Shown in pieces: positions 35,049 to 44,667 of a DNA stretch of 64,000 nt. Under the pieces are notes generated by a model that was not told the origin of the DNA, did no database searches, and was given only the letters and a program-made list of their open reading frames with translations. The position numbers and the translations under genes are program-made. Source of the stretch: Bacilli bacterium (GTDB lineage Bacteria > Bacillota_I > Bacilli_A > RF39 > UBA660); NCBI GenBank assembly GCA_017450205.1, contig JAFSVF010000001.1, forward strand, positions 75,189 through 139,188, given 5' to 3'. The first letter of the stretch is position 1. The number at the start of each line of letters is the position of its first letter.

Positions 35049-36851
35049 GTGTTTGAAACAGTAAGAAATAATTTTAACGAAGTATTTGTAAAAAGCAAAG
35101 TAACTCTTCCATATGTATATGCTAAATTTAGTGTTAGCTCTTTAAATGAATTTTTTGAATTCTTATCAAAATATATAAATGATGACTTTGAATATATAAT
35201 TTCAAATGAAGAATATTTTAAGAATATAAACTATTTAATTTTAGATATATTAAATAAAACAAATAATAAGGAAGATATGTATGCTTTAAGATCTTTAATT
35301 AATAATATTATTAAAACTTGTAAGAATTATTTAAAGCCATACAATAAAAAAGAAAAGAAAAAAGATGCCTTATTTTCTAAATGTAATAATTTAAAAGATA
35401 TATTAACTTTTGATTTAGAACAAATAGATTTTATACTTAATGATGAAGAAGAAAAAAATATGAATCTAAAAGTAATTAAAGGACTTATTTTTGATATTAA
35501 ATATCCTGATTATTTATTTAGATTAGTTCAATTAAATCCTAATATTGTTAATATGATTAATAGTGATGGAGTATCTTTATTTAAATCTGTTTGTGATTAT
35601 TATCTAGATAATATTTATACAATGTCTAATGAAGATATTAAATACTTTAAAAGAGTAATTACTTTATTCTTAGAAAGTGATTTATTAACAATTAAAAATG
35701 ATGAATTAAAAAGTATTATTGATAGATGTAATACATTAAATAAAATAAAACCTAATAATAGTATTGATTTTCTAAATAAATCTTTAAAAAGACATTTTCC
35801 TAATTTAGCAGGTACAGATAAATATAATTGTTTATCTTATACCAAAATGAAAACACCAATTGATATAGTTACTAAAGAAAGTGGTTCAAGAATAGATTTA
35901 AGAGATGTATTTACTATAACAATTGATGGATTAAGAAATAAAAGATTAGATAATATGCTTTTTGATGATTGTTTTTCAATTACTGGTAGTGGTAATGATT
36001 TACATATTTTGGTAAGTGTACCAGATGTAGATTTAATTATTGATAGAGATTCTGAAATTGATAATTTTATGAGATCTCTAGGTCAATCTGTATATCAAAA
36101 AGGTTATAAAAAAGCTTTACTTGATTATAAGTTTGCTAAATCGGTTTCTCTAGAAAAAGGGAAAGACAGAAATGCTTTAACTTTTGATATTAATGTTGAT
36201 AGTGAAGGTAATATTAAAGGAATAGACTTTTATGAAAGTATTGTAAAAGTAAATTATAATTTGGTTAAAGATGATGCAGATACATACATTAAATATGGTA
36301 CTAATGATGAAAGACTTAAAGTACTTAATAAAATGAATGACTTAGCAAGAAAACTATGTCATAACAGAAAAGAAACATATGGAGGAAAAACTCCTGGTAA
36401 ACTAATTATGGATGAATTTAACATCCTACCTAATTTACAAACAGCAAAATTCTGCGAAGAAAATGGAATACTTTTCCCATATAAGAATTTCCTTGGTGAG
36501 TTAAAGAAAAATTCTAGAAAACATATAATAAAAGTAAAAGAATTTAAAGAAAAAAATGAGTTAGACGAAGAGTCAAATGAATTGTTAAATTCTATCTTTT
36601 ATATTTATAACAGAATATTCTATGATACAATTAATTATGGAAATAATTTATATCATAATGCTCCATATGGAAGTGTTGGTAATCCAATGAGAGAATACAT
36701 GTCTCTTGAAACAGATAGACTTATTAAAGACATCATAATTCATTGTATTAACCAAGAATATTGGCAAGAAAGAATTGAAAGAGACTGTATTGAATATACT
36801 GAAACAAGCGCAAAAATAAAGGAACTTTATGATATTAAAAGGGGTAGATAA
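35049..36851 (+). CDS. Divergent RNB-domain (RNase II/R-like) paralog
   Basis: GTG at 35049 after AAGGTGA. FTITIDGLRNKRLDNMLFDDCFSI aligns with FTIDPETCKDMDDAISI of the adjacent RNase R, LVSVPDV with VHIADV, and NPMREYMSLETD with SPIRRFPDLLNH. Confidence 0.5.
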   Translation: MFETVRNNFNEVFVKSKVTLPYVYAKFSVSSLNEFFEFLSKYINDDFEYIISNEEYFKNINYLILDILNKTNNKEDMYALRSLINNIIKTCKNYLKPYNKKEKKKDALFSKCNNLKDILTFDLEQIDFILNDEEEKNMNLKVIKGLIFDIKYPDYLFRLVQLNPNIVNMINSDGVSLFKSVCDYYLDNIYTMSNEDIKYFKRVITLFLESDLLTIKNDELKSIIDRCNTLNKIKPNNSIDFLNKSLKRHFPNLAGTDKYNCLSYTKMKTPIDIVTKESGSRIDLRDVFTITIDGLRNKRLDNMLFDDCFSITGSGNDLHILVSVPDVDLIIDRDSEIDNFMRSLGQSVYQKGYKKALLDYKFAKSVSLEKGKDRNALTFDINVDSEGNIKGIDFYESIVKVNYNLVKDDADTYIKYGTNDERLKVLNKMNDLARKLCHNRKETYGGKTPGKLIMDEFNILPNLQTAKFCEENGILFPYKNFLGELKKNSRKHIIKVKEFKEKNELDEESNELLNSIFYIYNRIFYDTINYGNNLYHNAPYGSVGNPMREYMSLETDRLIKDIIIHCINQEYWQERIERDCIEYTETSAKIKELYDIKRGR

Positions 36852-36853
36852 TA

Positions 36854-37363
36854 ATGCGTATATTCATAGGAATTGTTGTTTTATTAATTATCTTAGTTGT
36901 AGGTTTTAATGCTGTAGTTAAATCAGGGAAAAAGAATCATGAAGTAATTGAAGAAGAAAAGAAAGCTTATGCTAATAGAATAAGACTTCCATCTCAAGCT
37001 CAAGTATATCCTGGTGATTTAGTTAAGATAGTTGAAGATGACATGACTCGTAATACACCAAGAAAATATACATTTTATTATAAACTTGAACCTCATACAA
37101 TTGGTTTAGGTTTATACAATAAAAAGTATGTTTTTATTGTAGATAATAATGCATATGCTACATTTGCAGATGTAATGGGACATGCAACAGTACATAATAG
37201 TAGATTTGCTGGTATTAGTTCAAAGCTTACTATTACTGAGGTTGTAGATCAAACTACAAATAAAAAAATTAAAGTTGAAGATATCGAAGCTTTTAAAGAT
37301 CATATAGTAGAAGATACATCAGTTCACTATAATGATCAAGTAGAATATAAAGAAGAAAATTGA
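36854..37363 (+). CDS. Membrane-anchored hypothetical protein
   Basis: N-terminal TM. Coupled to the upstream gene by a 2-nt gap. Confidence 0.45.
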   Translation: MRIFIGIVVLLIILVVGFNAVVKSGKKNHEVIEEEKKAYANRIRLPSQAQVYPGDLVKIVEDDMTRNTPRKYTFYYKLEPHTIGLGLYNKKYVFIVDNNAYATFADVMGHATVHNSRFAGISSKLTITEVVDQTTNKKIKVEDIEAFKDHIVEDTSVHYNDQVEYKEEN

Positions 37364-37394
37364 CAATCAAAATATTTAGTGTTAATATAATTGC

Positions 37395-37590
37395 GAAATC
37401 GATGAAGAAAGACATGATTTGATAGGATAATTTCAAGAGAGTTCACGGTTGGTGTGAGTGAATAAGGACTTATTAGATTACTACTTTCTGAGAGAATTAA
37501 TAAATTCCGGGAGAAACCCGTTATAACAAATTAAGTGAAATAAGGGATGGTACCGTGCTTATGCACTCCTATGGTATCATCCTTTTTTTA
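37395..37590 (+). promoter_or_regulatory. T-box riboswitch leader, predicted Thr (ACU) specifier
   Basis: Stem I base AGAAAG (37406-37411) pairs with CTTTCT (37484-37489). ACU-A is at 37480-37483. Distal motifs are AGAGA (37436-37440) and GGTTGGTG (37447-37454). The T-box core AGGGATGGTACCGTGC is at 37543-37558. The terminator arm GGTATCATCC and T7 run to 37589. Confidence 0.8.
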
Positions 37591-37604
37591 TTTCTGGAGG
37601 TTTT

Positions 37605-39875
37605 ATGGTTAATTATGAGGAACTAGTAAAGAATTACTTTAAAGGAAAGAATATCGGACTAACACTTAAAGAAGTAGGTAAAAGATTAAATGTTCCATAT
37701 GAAGATATGGATGATTTAGCTACTGCAATTTATTTGTTAGAAGTAAATGGTTATCTCTATAAAATAGATGATACTTATTTTAGATGCCCTAAAGATTTTA
37801 TTTATAAAACTGGTACCATTGAAAAATCTACAAAGGGTAATTATTATATTTCTCTTTCAAAAGGAGAAAAAGTATTATTCAATGCAAAAGAAATAAACAA
37901 AAATAAACTCCAAGAAGGAGATATTATTCGTTTTAGTATGATTCAAGACCCTCGTTATAAACATAAATTTTCCGGTGAATTTGTTAGCAAAATAGAAAAA
38001 AATAATGCATATTGTAATAATTTCTTAGCAAAAGGCGTTATTCAAAAGAATAAGGGTAATGATACTTATTTTGTAATTGTTAACGATGTAAGATATGATT
38101 TACCAAGTGATAAACTAAGTGGAGCATATATTGGTGATGAAGTTACAGTTGAGTGTGTTAAATCACTTAAGTCAAATACTTGTTCTGTTAAACAAATAAT
38201 AACTAGAAAGAATAATGAACATGTATTTAAAGTAGTACAAAAGATGGAAGAAAAATATTTAGTACCTCTTAATACAAACAATACTAAGTTTAATTATTTA
38301 TTCGATTTCACAAATTTTAACGCTGGTGATATTCTTTTACTTAATGTTGATGAATTTAATAATTGTAGTTTAATTAAAACAATAGAAAATGATAATTCAT
38401 TATATGGAAAGACCAAATTAATGGCAATGGATTATGGCTTCTCAGTAGATTTTGATAATTTAGTTTTAGAAGAAGTAAATAATATTAAGTGCATAACCGA
38501 TAAGGATTATGAAGAAAGAAAAGATAATGATTTTAGAAATCTTATTACTTTTACAATTGATCCTGAAACCTGTAAAGATATGGATGATGCAATATCTATT
38601 GAAAAGTTAGAAAATGGATACCGTTTATATGTACATATCGCAGATGTTTCTCATTACGTTAAACCCGGAACTAAAACATTTAAAGAGGCTTCAATTAGAA
38701 CTACCTCACGTTATCCAGCTAATTATTGTATTCCTATGCTACCGACAAAATTATCTAATGATATATGTTCATTAAATCAAGGTGTTGATAGACTTACTAA
38801 AACAGTAGTGATGGATATAGATAATAATGGTATGGTTATCAGTTATGATTTAGTTAATTCTATAATTAATAGTAATAAGAAAATGACTTATCAAAAAGTA
38901 AATGAAGCACTAGAAGATATTAATAGTCATCCAGATTATAAACCATATATTGAATCTTTAAAAATCTTAAAAGAATTATCTGATAAATTAGATATTGATA
39001 GAGTTAAAAGAGGAAACATAAGATTATCATCAATTGAAAATAAATTTGAATTTAATAATGATGATTCAGTTAAAAACGTTAGTCGTGATGATCATGGAGT
39101 ATCAGGAACAATCATAGAAAATTGTATGTTACTTGCAAATGAATACGTTGCATTAACAGCACTTAACTTTGATTTACCATTTGTTTATAGAGTACATTTA
39201 AAACCCGAAATATCAAAACTAGAAAATTTAAAACTTGAATTAAAGCAAGCACATAAGTTTATGCATAGCCTAGAAAGAGCAGATAATCCTAGGACATTCC
39301 AAAAGATATATAATTCAATTATTAAAGGATTAAGTTCTGAAGAAGTAATATATATTTCTCGATTATTTTTAAGAGCAATGACCTCAGCTAGATATGATGT
39401 TAAGAATCAAGGTCATTTTGCACTAGCGTTAAATCAATATGCTACTTTTACATCGCCAATTAGAAGATTTCCAGATTTATTAAATCATTTAACAATCGAA
39501 GCATATATTAAAGGTGATATTGAAAGCATGAATAATTTATTTAATGCATATGCTGAATACTCTGAAAATTGTAGTATAAGTGAAAGAGATACAAAAGATT
39601 TTGAAAATAGTGTTGATACTATGCTATTAAAAGAATATATTGATAATATAGATAACGAGATTGAATCTAAAGTAGACTTTATTGTTGAAAATAAAGTATA
39701 TGTTAGAAATGATCTTGGCTTATATGGTTATTTTATTGCTAATAAAAATGAAATAGATGAGCTTAAGAAAGATACAACTGTCATACTTAAAGTACAACAA
39801 CTAGATGAATCAACCAATGAAGTTATTTATGACAAAGCTAAAATAAAGAAATTAAAGAAGGAGAAGAGAAAATGA
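37605..39875 (+). CDS. rnr: Ribonuclease R
   Basis: N-terminal HTH, cold-shock-like region, RNB motifs (FTIDPETCKDMDDAISI, HIADVSHYV, FTSPIRRFPDLLNH), an S1-like C-terminus and a Lys-rich tail. Confidence 0.85.
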   Translation: MVNYEELVKNYFKGKNIGLTLKEVGKRLNVPYEDMDDLATAIYLLEVNGYLYKIDDTYFRCPKDFIYKTGTIEKSTKGNYYISLSKGEKVLFNAKEINKNKLQEGDIIRFSMIQDPRYKHKFSGEFVSKIEKNNAYCNNFLAKGVIQKNKGNDTYFVIVNDVRYDLPSDKLSGAYIGDEVTVECVKSLKSNTCSVKQIITRKNNEHVFKVVQKMEEKYLVPLNTNNTKFNYLFDFTNFNAGDILLLNVDEFNNCSLIKTIENDNSLYGKTKLMAMDYGFSVDFDNLVLEEVNNIKCITDKDYEERKDNDFRNLITFTIDPETCKDMDDAISIEKLENGYRLYVHIADVSHYVKPGTKTFKEASIRTTSRYPANYCIPMLPTKLSNDICSLNQGVDRLTKTVVMDIDNNGMVISYDLVNSIINSNKKMTYQKVNEALEDINSHPDYKPYIESLKILKELSDKLDIDRVKRGNIRLSSIENKFEFNNDDSVKNVSRDDHGVSGTIIENCMLLANEYVALTALNFDLPFVYRVHLKPEISKLENLKLELKQAHKFMHSLERADNPRTFQKIYNSIIKGLSSEEVIYISRLFLRAMTSARYDVKNQGHFALALNQYATFTSPIRRFPDLLNHLTIEAYIKGDIESMNNLFNAYAEYSENCSISERDTKDFENSVDTMLLKEYIDNIDNEIESKVDFIVENKVYVRNDLGLYGYFIANKNEIDELKKDTTVILKVQQLDESTNEVIYDKAKIKKLKKEKRK

Positions 39876-41632
39876 TAAATTTTAAAGAAAATGAAAAATT
39901 ATATAATTTAAACCATTCATGTGCTCACATGATGGCTCAAGCAATCAAACATATTTGGCCTAATGCTAAATTTTGGGTAGGACCTGTTATTGAAACTGGA
40001 TTCTATTATGATGTTGATCTTGGAGATAAAGTTATTACTGAAGAAGATATTCCAGTAATTGAAAAAGAAATGAAAAAACTAGCTAAAGATGGTAAAAGAA
40101 TAGTTAGACATGAAATTTCTAAAGCAGAAGCCTTAGAAATGTTTAAAGATGATCCATATAAAATTGATTTAATTGAAAGAATGGATGAAGAAGAAACAGT
40201 TATTTCATGTTATTCACAAGGAGACTTTACTGACTTATGTAGAGGTGGACATGTTGATACATTAAAAGAATGTAAAAACTTTAAACTACTTAAATTTAGT
40301 GGAGCTTATTGGAAAGGTGATACTAATAATAAAGTGTTACAAAGAATATATGGAGTATGTCTTCCAACTGAAGAAGAATTAAATGCATACTTACAAGAAC
40401 TTGAAGAAGCTAAAGAAAGAGACCATAGAAAAATAGGTAAAGACTTAGGTATCTATATGTTATCTGATCTTGTTGGAAAAGGTCTTCCAATGTACTTACC
40501 AAATGGATTTACTTTATGGAATTTACTTGAGAATTATATTAGAAATAAAGAAATTGAAAGAGGATACGTACATGTACAAACTCCTCCACTAGGAAATGTA
40601 AACCTTTATAAGACTTCAGGTCACTTAGAACATTATAAAGATTCAATGTTTCCTATCATGCAAGTAGAAGATGAAGAATATGTTTTAAGACCAATGAACT
40701 GTCCTCATCATATGGTTATGTATGGTAATGACATTCATTCATACAGAGATTTACCTATAAGAATTGCTGAAATCGCAAGAGACTGTAGATATGAATCAAG
40801 TGGTTCACTAAAAGGAATTGAAAGAGTTAGAACATTCTGTCAAAATGACTGTCATATCTTCTGTACTCCTGAACAAATCGAAGATGAATTTAAAGGAGTT
40901 ATTGATTTAATTCTTGAAGTATATAAAGAATTAGGAATTAAGAATTATAGATTTGAGCTTTCACTTAGAGATCCTGAAGATAAAGTTAAATATCATCAAG
41001 ATGATGAAATGTGGAATAAAGCTGAAGATGCTTTAAGAAAAATTATGGATGATTTAAAAATCCCATATGTTGAAAAAATTGGTGAAGCTGCATTCTACGG
41101 ACCTAAGTGTGATGTTCAAGTTCAACCAGCTGTAGGTAATGAAATTACTTTATCTACTTGCCAAATCGATTTCTGCTTACCAATGAAATTTGATCTAAAC
41201 TATGTTGATTCGGATGGATCTAAAAAGACTCCAGTTGTTCTTCATAGAGCAATTCTTGGTTCACTTGATAGAGCAATTGCTTTCTATCTAGAAGAAACTA
41301 AAGGTAACTTACCATTATGGTTAGCACCAAACCAAGTAACTGTACTTCCAGTAAATAATGAATATCATTTAGAATATGCTAATGAAGTATTTAATGAACT
41401 TAAAAAACTTGGAATTAGATGTAGATTAAATGATTCAAATGAAAAATTATCTTACAGAATGAGAGAAGAACAAATCAAGAAAGTACCAATTATGTTAGTA
41501 CTTGGTAACAATGAAAGAGATGAAAGAACTGTAACATTAAGATTACATGGTAATGAACAAAAGAATATGTATCTAGAAGAATTCTTATCTTATGTTAAAG
41601 AAAAGAATGATTCAAAAGCATTAGACCTTTAA
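39872..41632 (+). CDS. thrS: Threonyl-tRNA synthetase (no N-terminal TGS domain)
   Basis: Editing-domain motif HSCAHMMAQAI starts at residue 15. Class II motifs are present (RPMNCPHH, GIERVRTFCQNDCHIF, HRAILGS). The ATG overlaps the rnr stop (ATGA). Confidence 0.95.
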   Translation: MINFKENEKLYNLNHSCAHMMAQAIKHIWPNAKFWVGPVIETGFYYDVDLGDKVITEEDIPVIEKEMKKLAKDGKRIVRHEISKAEALEMFKDDPYKIDLIERMDEEETVISCYSQGDFTDLCRGGHVDTLKECKNFKLLKFSGAYWKGDTNNKVLQRIYGVCLPTEEELNAYLQELEEAKERDHRKIGKDLGIYMLSDLVGKGLPMYLPNGFTLWNLLENYIRNKEIERGYVHVQTPPLGNVNLYKTSGHLEHYKDSMFPIMQVEDEEYVLRPMNCPHHMVMYGNDIHSYRDLPIRIAEIARDCRYESSGSLKGIERVRTFCQNDCHIFCTPEQIEDEFKGVIDLILEVYKELGIKNYRFELSLRDPEDKVKYHQDDEMWNKAEDALRKIMDDLKIPYVEKIGEAAFYGPKCDVQVQPAVGNEITLSTCQIDFCLPMKFDLNYVDSDGSKKTPVVLHRAILGSLDRAIAFYLEETKGNLPLWLAPNQVTVLPVNNEYHLEYANEVFNELKKLGIRCRLNDSNEKLSYRMREEQIKKVPIMLVLGNNERDERTVTLRLHGNEQKNMYLEEFLSYVKEKNDSKALDL

Positions 41633-41659
41633 GAGCAAGAATTTGCTCTTTTTCTTTTT
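41632..41659 (+). terminator. Rho-independent terminator of thrS
   Basis: AGAGCAA / TTGCTCT stem followed by a T-rich run. Confidence 0.7.
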
Positions 41660-41696
41660 GTTTAGTATAATAAACCACATAAAAAAGGGGAAAATC

Positions 41697-42488
41697 ATAA
41701 AAAAGAATAGAAGGGAATTGCAAAAAAAAGTGAGAGAAAGAGATTATATTTTATCAAAACAAAATGATAGTGATGGACCAGAAACAATATATATTCAAAA
41801 TAAAAATTCAATTATTACATTTGATAATGCCGTTCAAATTAAAACTTCGCATTCTTTTAGAAAACCATCTCAAATATATAAAGTTGGAGATAAAATAATA
41901 AAAAGATATAAAGATGGAGAAGACGATTATGTAAGATTTCAAAAAGAAGTATTTGATATTCTCAAAAAATCTAATCTACCAGCATTCATGAAACTTAGAG
42001 ATGTATATACAGAGGATGTTCAACTTTTTGTTGATGATGACTTTAAGGAAATGATTACTGCTTATTCATATGATTACATTGAAACAATAAATAAAAAGAT
42101 GATAGATCTACCTATGGAATATACATTAAGTAGTATGTGTGAACTTAAAAAACTTGTTGAATTTTTAAATAACAATAATGTTTTAATCGGTGACTCAAGT
42201 GCAGCTAATTGTTTAGTGACTGAGGATAATCTTGTAGTAATTGATCCAGATTATTTTGAAATAAATGATAAATGTGAAGAAGAAAATTTAAAAGAAATAA
42301 ATCATTATATAAGTGACCTATGGTGTGAAGAGTACGGTCTTAATTCAATGGATGATATAAGACTAATTTCTAAACAATTTTATGATAAAAATATCGATTT
42401 ATATCTTTATAAAATGAATATGAGATTAACTGAAGAAACACCAAGAGAGTTTATAACTAAAACACTTCAAAAGAATAGAAGAATCTAA
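41697..42488 (+). CDS. Protein-kinase-like / APH-fold phosphotransferase candidate (start codon uncertain)
   Basis: YKVGDKIIKRYK (beta3-Lys-like) and NVLIGDSSAANCLVTEDNLVVIDPDYF (catalytic-loop/DFG-like). There is no in-frame ATG upstream of these motifs. Candidate starts are ATA 41697 (5 nt after AGGGGA) and GTG 41730. Confidence 0.35.
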   Translation: MKKNRRELQKKVRERDYILSKQNDSDGPETIYIQNKNSIITFDNAVQIKTSHSFRKPSQIYKVGDKIIKRYKDGEDDYVRFQKEVFDILKKSNLPAFMKLRDVYTEDVQLFVDDDFKEMITAYSYDYIETINKKMIDLPMEYTLSSMCELKKLVEFLNNNNVLIGDSSAANCLVTEDNLVVIDPDYFEINDKCEEENLKEINHYISDLWCEEYGLNSMDDIRLISKQFYDKNIDLYLYKMNMRLTEETPREFITKTLQKNRRI

Positions 42489-42606
42489 GAGACTATGATA
42501 AATAGTCTTTTTTGTTTGTGTACATTCTTTGTAAATTCAAATGTCGATTTACATTATCTTGTTGTCATTAATTTACATCAAGAATATACTTATAATAGGT
42601 GAGGAT

Positions 42607-43287
42607 ATGAAAAACGGAGCATTAAGAGGCATTATACAATTTATTCTTGCAATTGCAGTTGTAATCTTTCTTGAAAAGTTTTACTTCATGCTATTAGGAA
42701 AAGTAAATATTCATCCAACTGGTAGTAGTTATCAAGTAGCAAATTTTATTAAAGTAATATTAGAATTTGTCACAGTAGTAATCATATATCATGGTGAAAT
42801 ATTTGCAGGTAAGAGTAGATTTAATAAGTCTTTATTATCTAGTTCAATAATAGCTTTGGTTACTTTTATAGTAATGGTAGTATTTACCCTAATACTAGAA
42901 AAAGTCTTACATGGATTTGGTATAAAAGCTAGTCAAAACTTTATTAACTACTTTGCTTCAAAAATGACATTTGAAAGTGCACTTGAAATGATCATTAATT
43001 GTATTTTAAATCCTTGCTTGTATACATCAATATTTGTACTAGGAATATCTAATATTATTAGTAAAGAATACTTAGGAATGCTTGTTTCTGGAATAGTTTA
43101 TGGAGTATTTATTCTATTTATGATGAATAATCTTCATTTAAATTCATTCCTATCAATAATTATTCCAATGGTAAATATAATAGCATTAAGTTATCTATAT
43201 AAATCAACAGGTAACATATATACATGCTTTATAACATTTATTCTTTACAATCTATGTGGAGGGCTATTACTTAGTTACATATTCTAA
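42607..43287 (+). CDS. Polytopic membrane protein (possible degenerate CPBP paralog)
   Basis: ATG at 42607 after AGGTGAGG. About 6 TM helices. It lacks the EExxxR motif. Its stop overlaps the start of the CPBP gene. Confidence 0.4.
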   Translation: MKNGALRGIIQFILAIAVVIFLEKFYFMLLGKVNIHPTGSSYQVANFIKVILEFVTVVIIYHGEIFAGKSRFNKSLLSSSIIALVTFIVMVVFTLILEKVLHGFGIKASQNFINYFASKMTFESALEMIINCILNPCLYTSIFVLGISNIISKEYLGMLVSGIVYGVFILFMMNNLHLNSFLSIIIPMVNIIALSYLYKSTGNIYTCFITFILYNLCGGLLLSYIF

Positions 43288-44120
43288 TGAAAGATAGATT
43301 AAAATTTTTAAGTATATATTACATATGGATGCTAATAGGTATTCCATTAGGTTTAATTTTTAAATCATTAAATATTGATGTTAACTCTAACTTTAATTTA
43401 GCAATTTTAAATTTTGTTTCTGAATTAATAATATTTACAATTTTATTTATTATTTATAGAAAATATTTTGTAAAAGACTTTAAAGAAATTAAAAAAACAA
43501 AAGGCTATATTAAAGAAGTATTAAAAATTTATGTTGGTGAGTTAGTTGTTGCTATAAGCGCAGGTATTGTAATGGTTAGTCTTGCAGGAATTGCCGGAGT
43601 AGAATTACTTGGATCAGATAACAATAACTTAGCTAGAAACTTGCTTAAAAGTGCACCTATTTTCATGGCTATGGGAATAGTATTTTTAGGACCAGTCTAT
43701 GAAGAAGGAATAATGAGACTTGGTTTAAGAAAAGGGATAAAGAATAAAGGGGTATTCGCCATTGTTAGTGGGTTTATCTTTGGTATTATGCATGTCGTAG
43801 ATAATTTATTTATTGTTTTGACACTTCCATTACTAGGATTCCTACTAGATTATATTATGGAGAAAAAGAAAAAGAATAAATATCTAATATCTGCGACTAG
43901 CATAGTTACCTATGTATGTTTAATTTTAGGTGGATATTATTTAGTACATCATAATATTAGTTCTCTAATAAGTGTTAGTGAACTAATATATTCAATAACT
44001 TATATAAGCATTGGAGTATATTTTGCAATCATATATTTAAAGAAAAAGAATATATTCTATACCATCGGAACACATATGCTTGTAAACACGATTGCAACAA
44101 TATTTTTGTTTTTTATATAA
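43287..44120 (+). CDS. CPBP-family (CAAX-protease-like) intramembrane metalloprotease
   Basis: Motifs YEEGIMRLG (EExxxR), FGIMH (FxxxH) and GTHMLVN. Confidence 0.7.
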   Translation: MKDRLKFLSIYYIWMLIGIPLGLIFKSLNIDVNSNFNLAILNFVSELIIFTILFIIYRKYFVKDFKEIKKTKGYIKEVLKIYVGELVVAISAGIVMVSLAGIAGVELLGSDNNNLARNLLKSAPIFMAMGIVFLGPVYEEGIMRLGLRKGIKNKGVFAIVSGFIFGIMHVVDNLFIVLTLPLLGFLLDYIMEKKKKNKYLISATSIVTYVCLILGGYYLVHHNISSLISVSELIYSITYISIGVYFAIIYLKKKNIFYTIGTHMLVNTIATIFLFFI

Positions 44121-44157
44121 ATGTGTATTATAATATATCGCAAAGAAGTGTGATGAT

Positions 44158-44604
44158 ATGAATTATAGTGATATATTTTATATATTTTTCATTATTCTAT
44201 CTATAATCTTTGCTATATATTTGCTTAGTAAGTTAAATATTAAGGAGAAATATATGGAGACAGTGAGTAAGGCTAATAGAGATATGTTAGATTTAGAAAA
44301 GATTAGTAAAAATATAGAATCTGAGTATAAACCAGAACCAATTGAATTAACTAGTTATGAACAAGAACAAGAAGATAATGCTATTATTAGTTATGAAGAA
44401 CTACTTAATAATAAAGATTCTGGATATTCTTATGATGAAAATTATAAATCTGATGAAGATGTAAAAGTTAAGAAATTAGATTTAGATAAAATAACTAATC
44501 AAATCGAAGGACCAAAAGAACATATTCAAGTTAAAATGATGAGTTATGATAAAGAAGAAGCTTTCCTTGCTGCATTAAAACAACTTCAAAAAGAATTAAA
44601 TTAA
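44158..44604 (+). CDS. Membrane-anchored hypothetical protein
   Basis: N-terminal TM with an acidic cytoplasmic or extracellular tail. Confidence 0.45.
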   Translation: MNYSDIFYIFFIILSIIFAIYLLSKLNIKEKYMETVSKANRDMLDLEKISKNIESEYKPEPIELTSYEQEQEDNAIISYEELLNNKDSGYSYDENYKSDEDVKVKKLDLDKITNQIEGPKEHIQVKMMSYDKEEAFLAALKQLQKELN

Positions 44605-44667
44605 ACGTAAACTTTGTATTTACGTTTTTTTTATGTTAAAATACTCATGTTTGAAAGGAGATTTCTT

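Noticed and set aside
41643-41696. TTG start at 41643 for the kinase-like gene.
   Set aside because: It sits inside the thrS terminator hairpin and T-run and has no SD.
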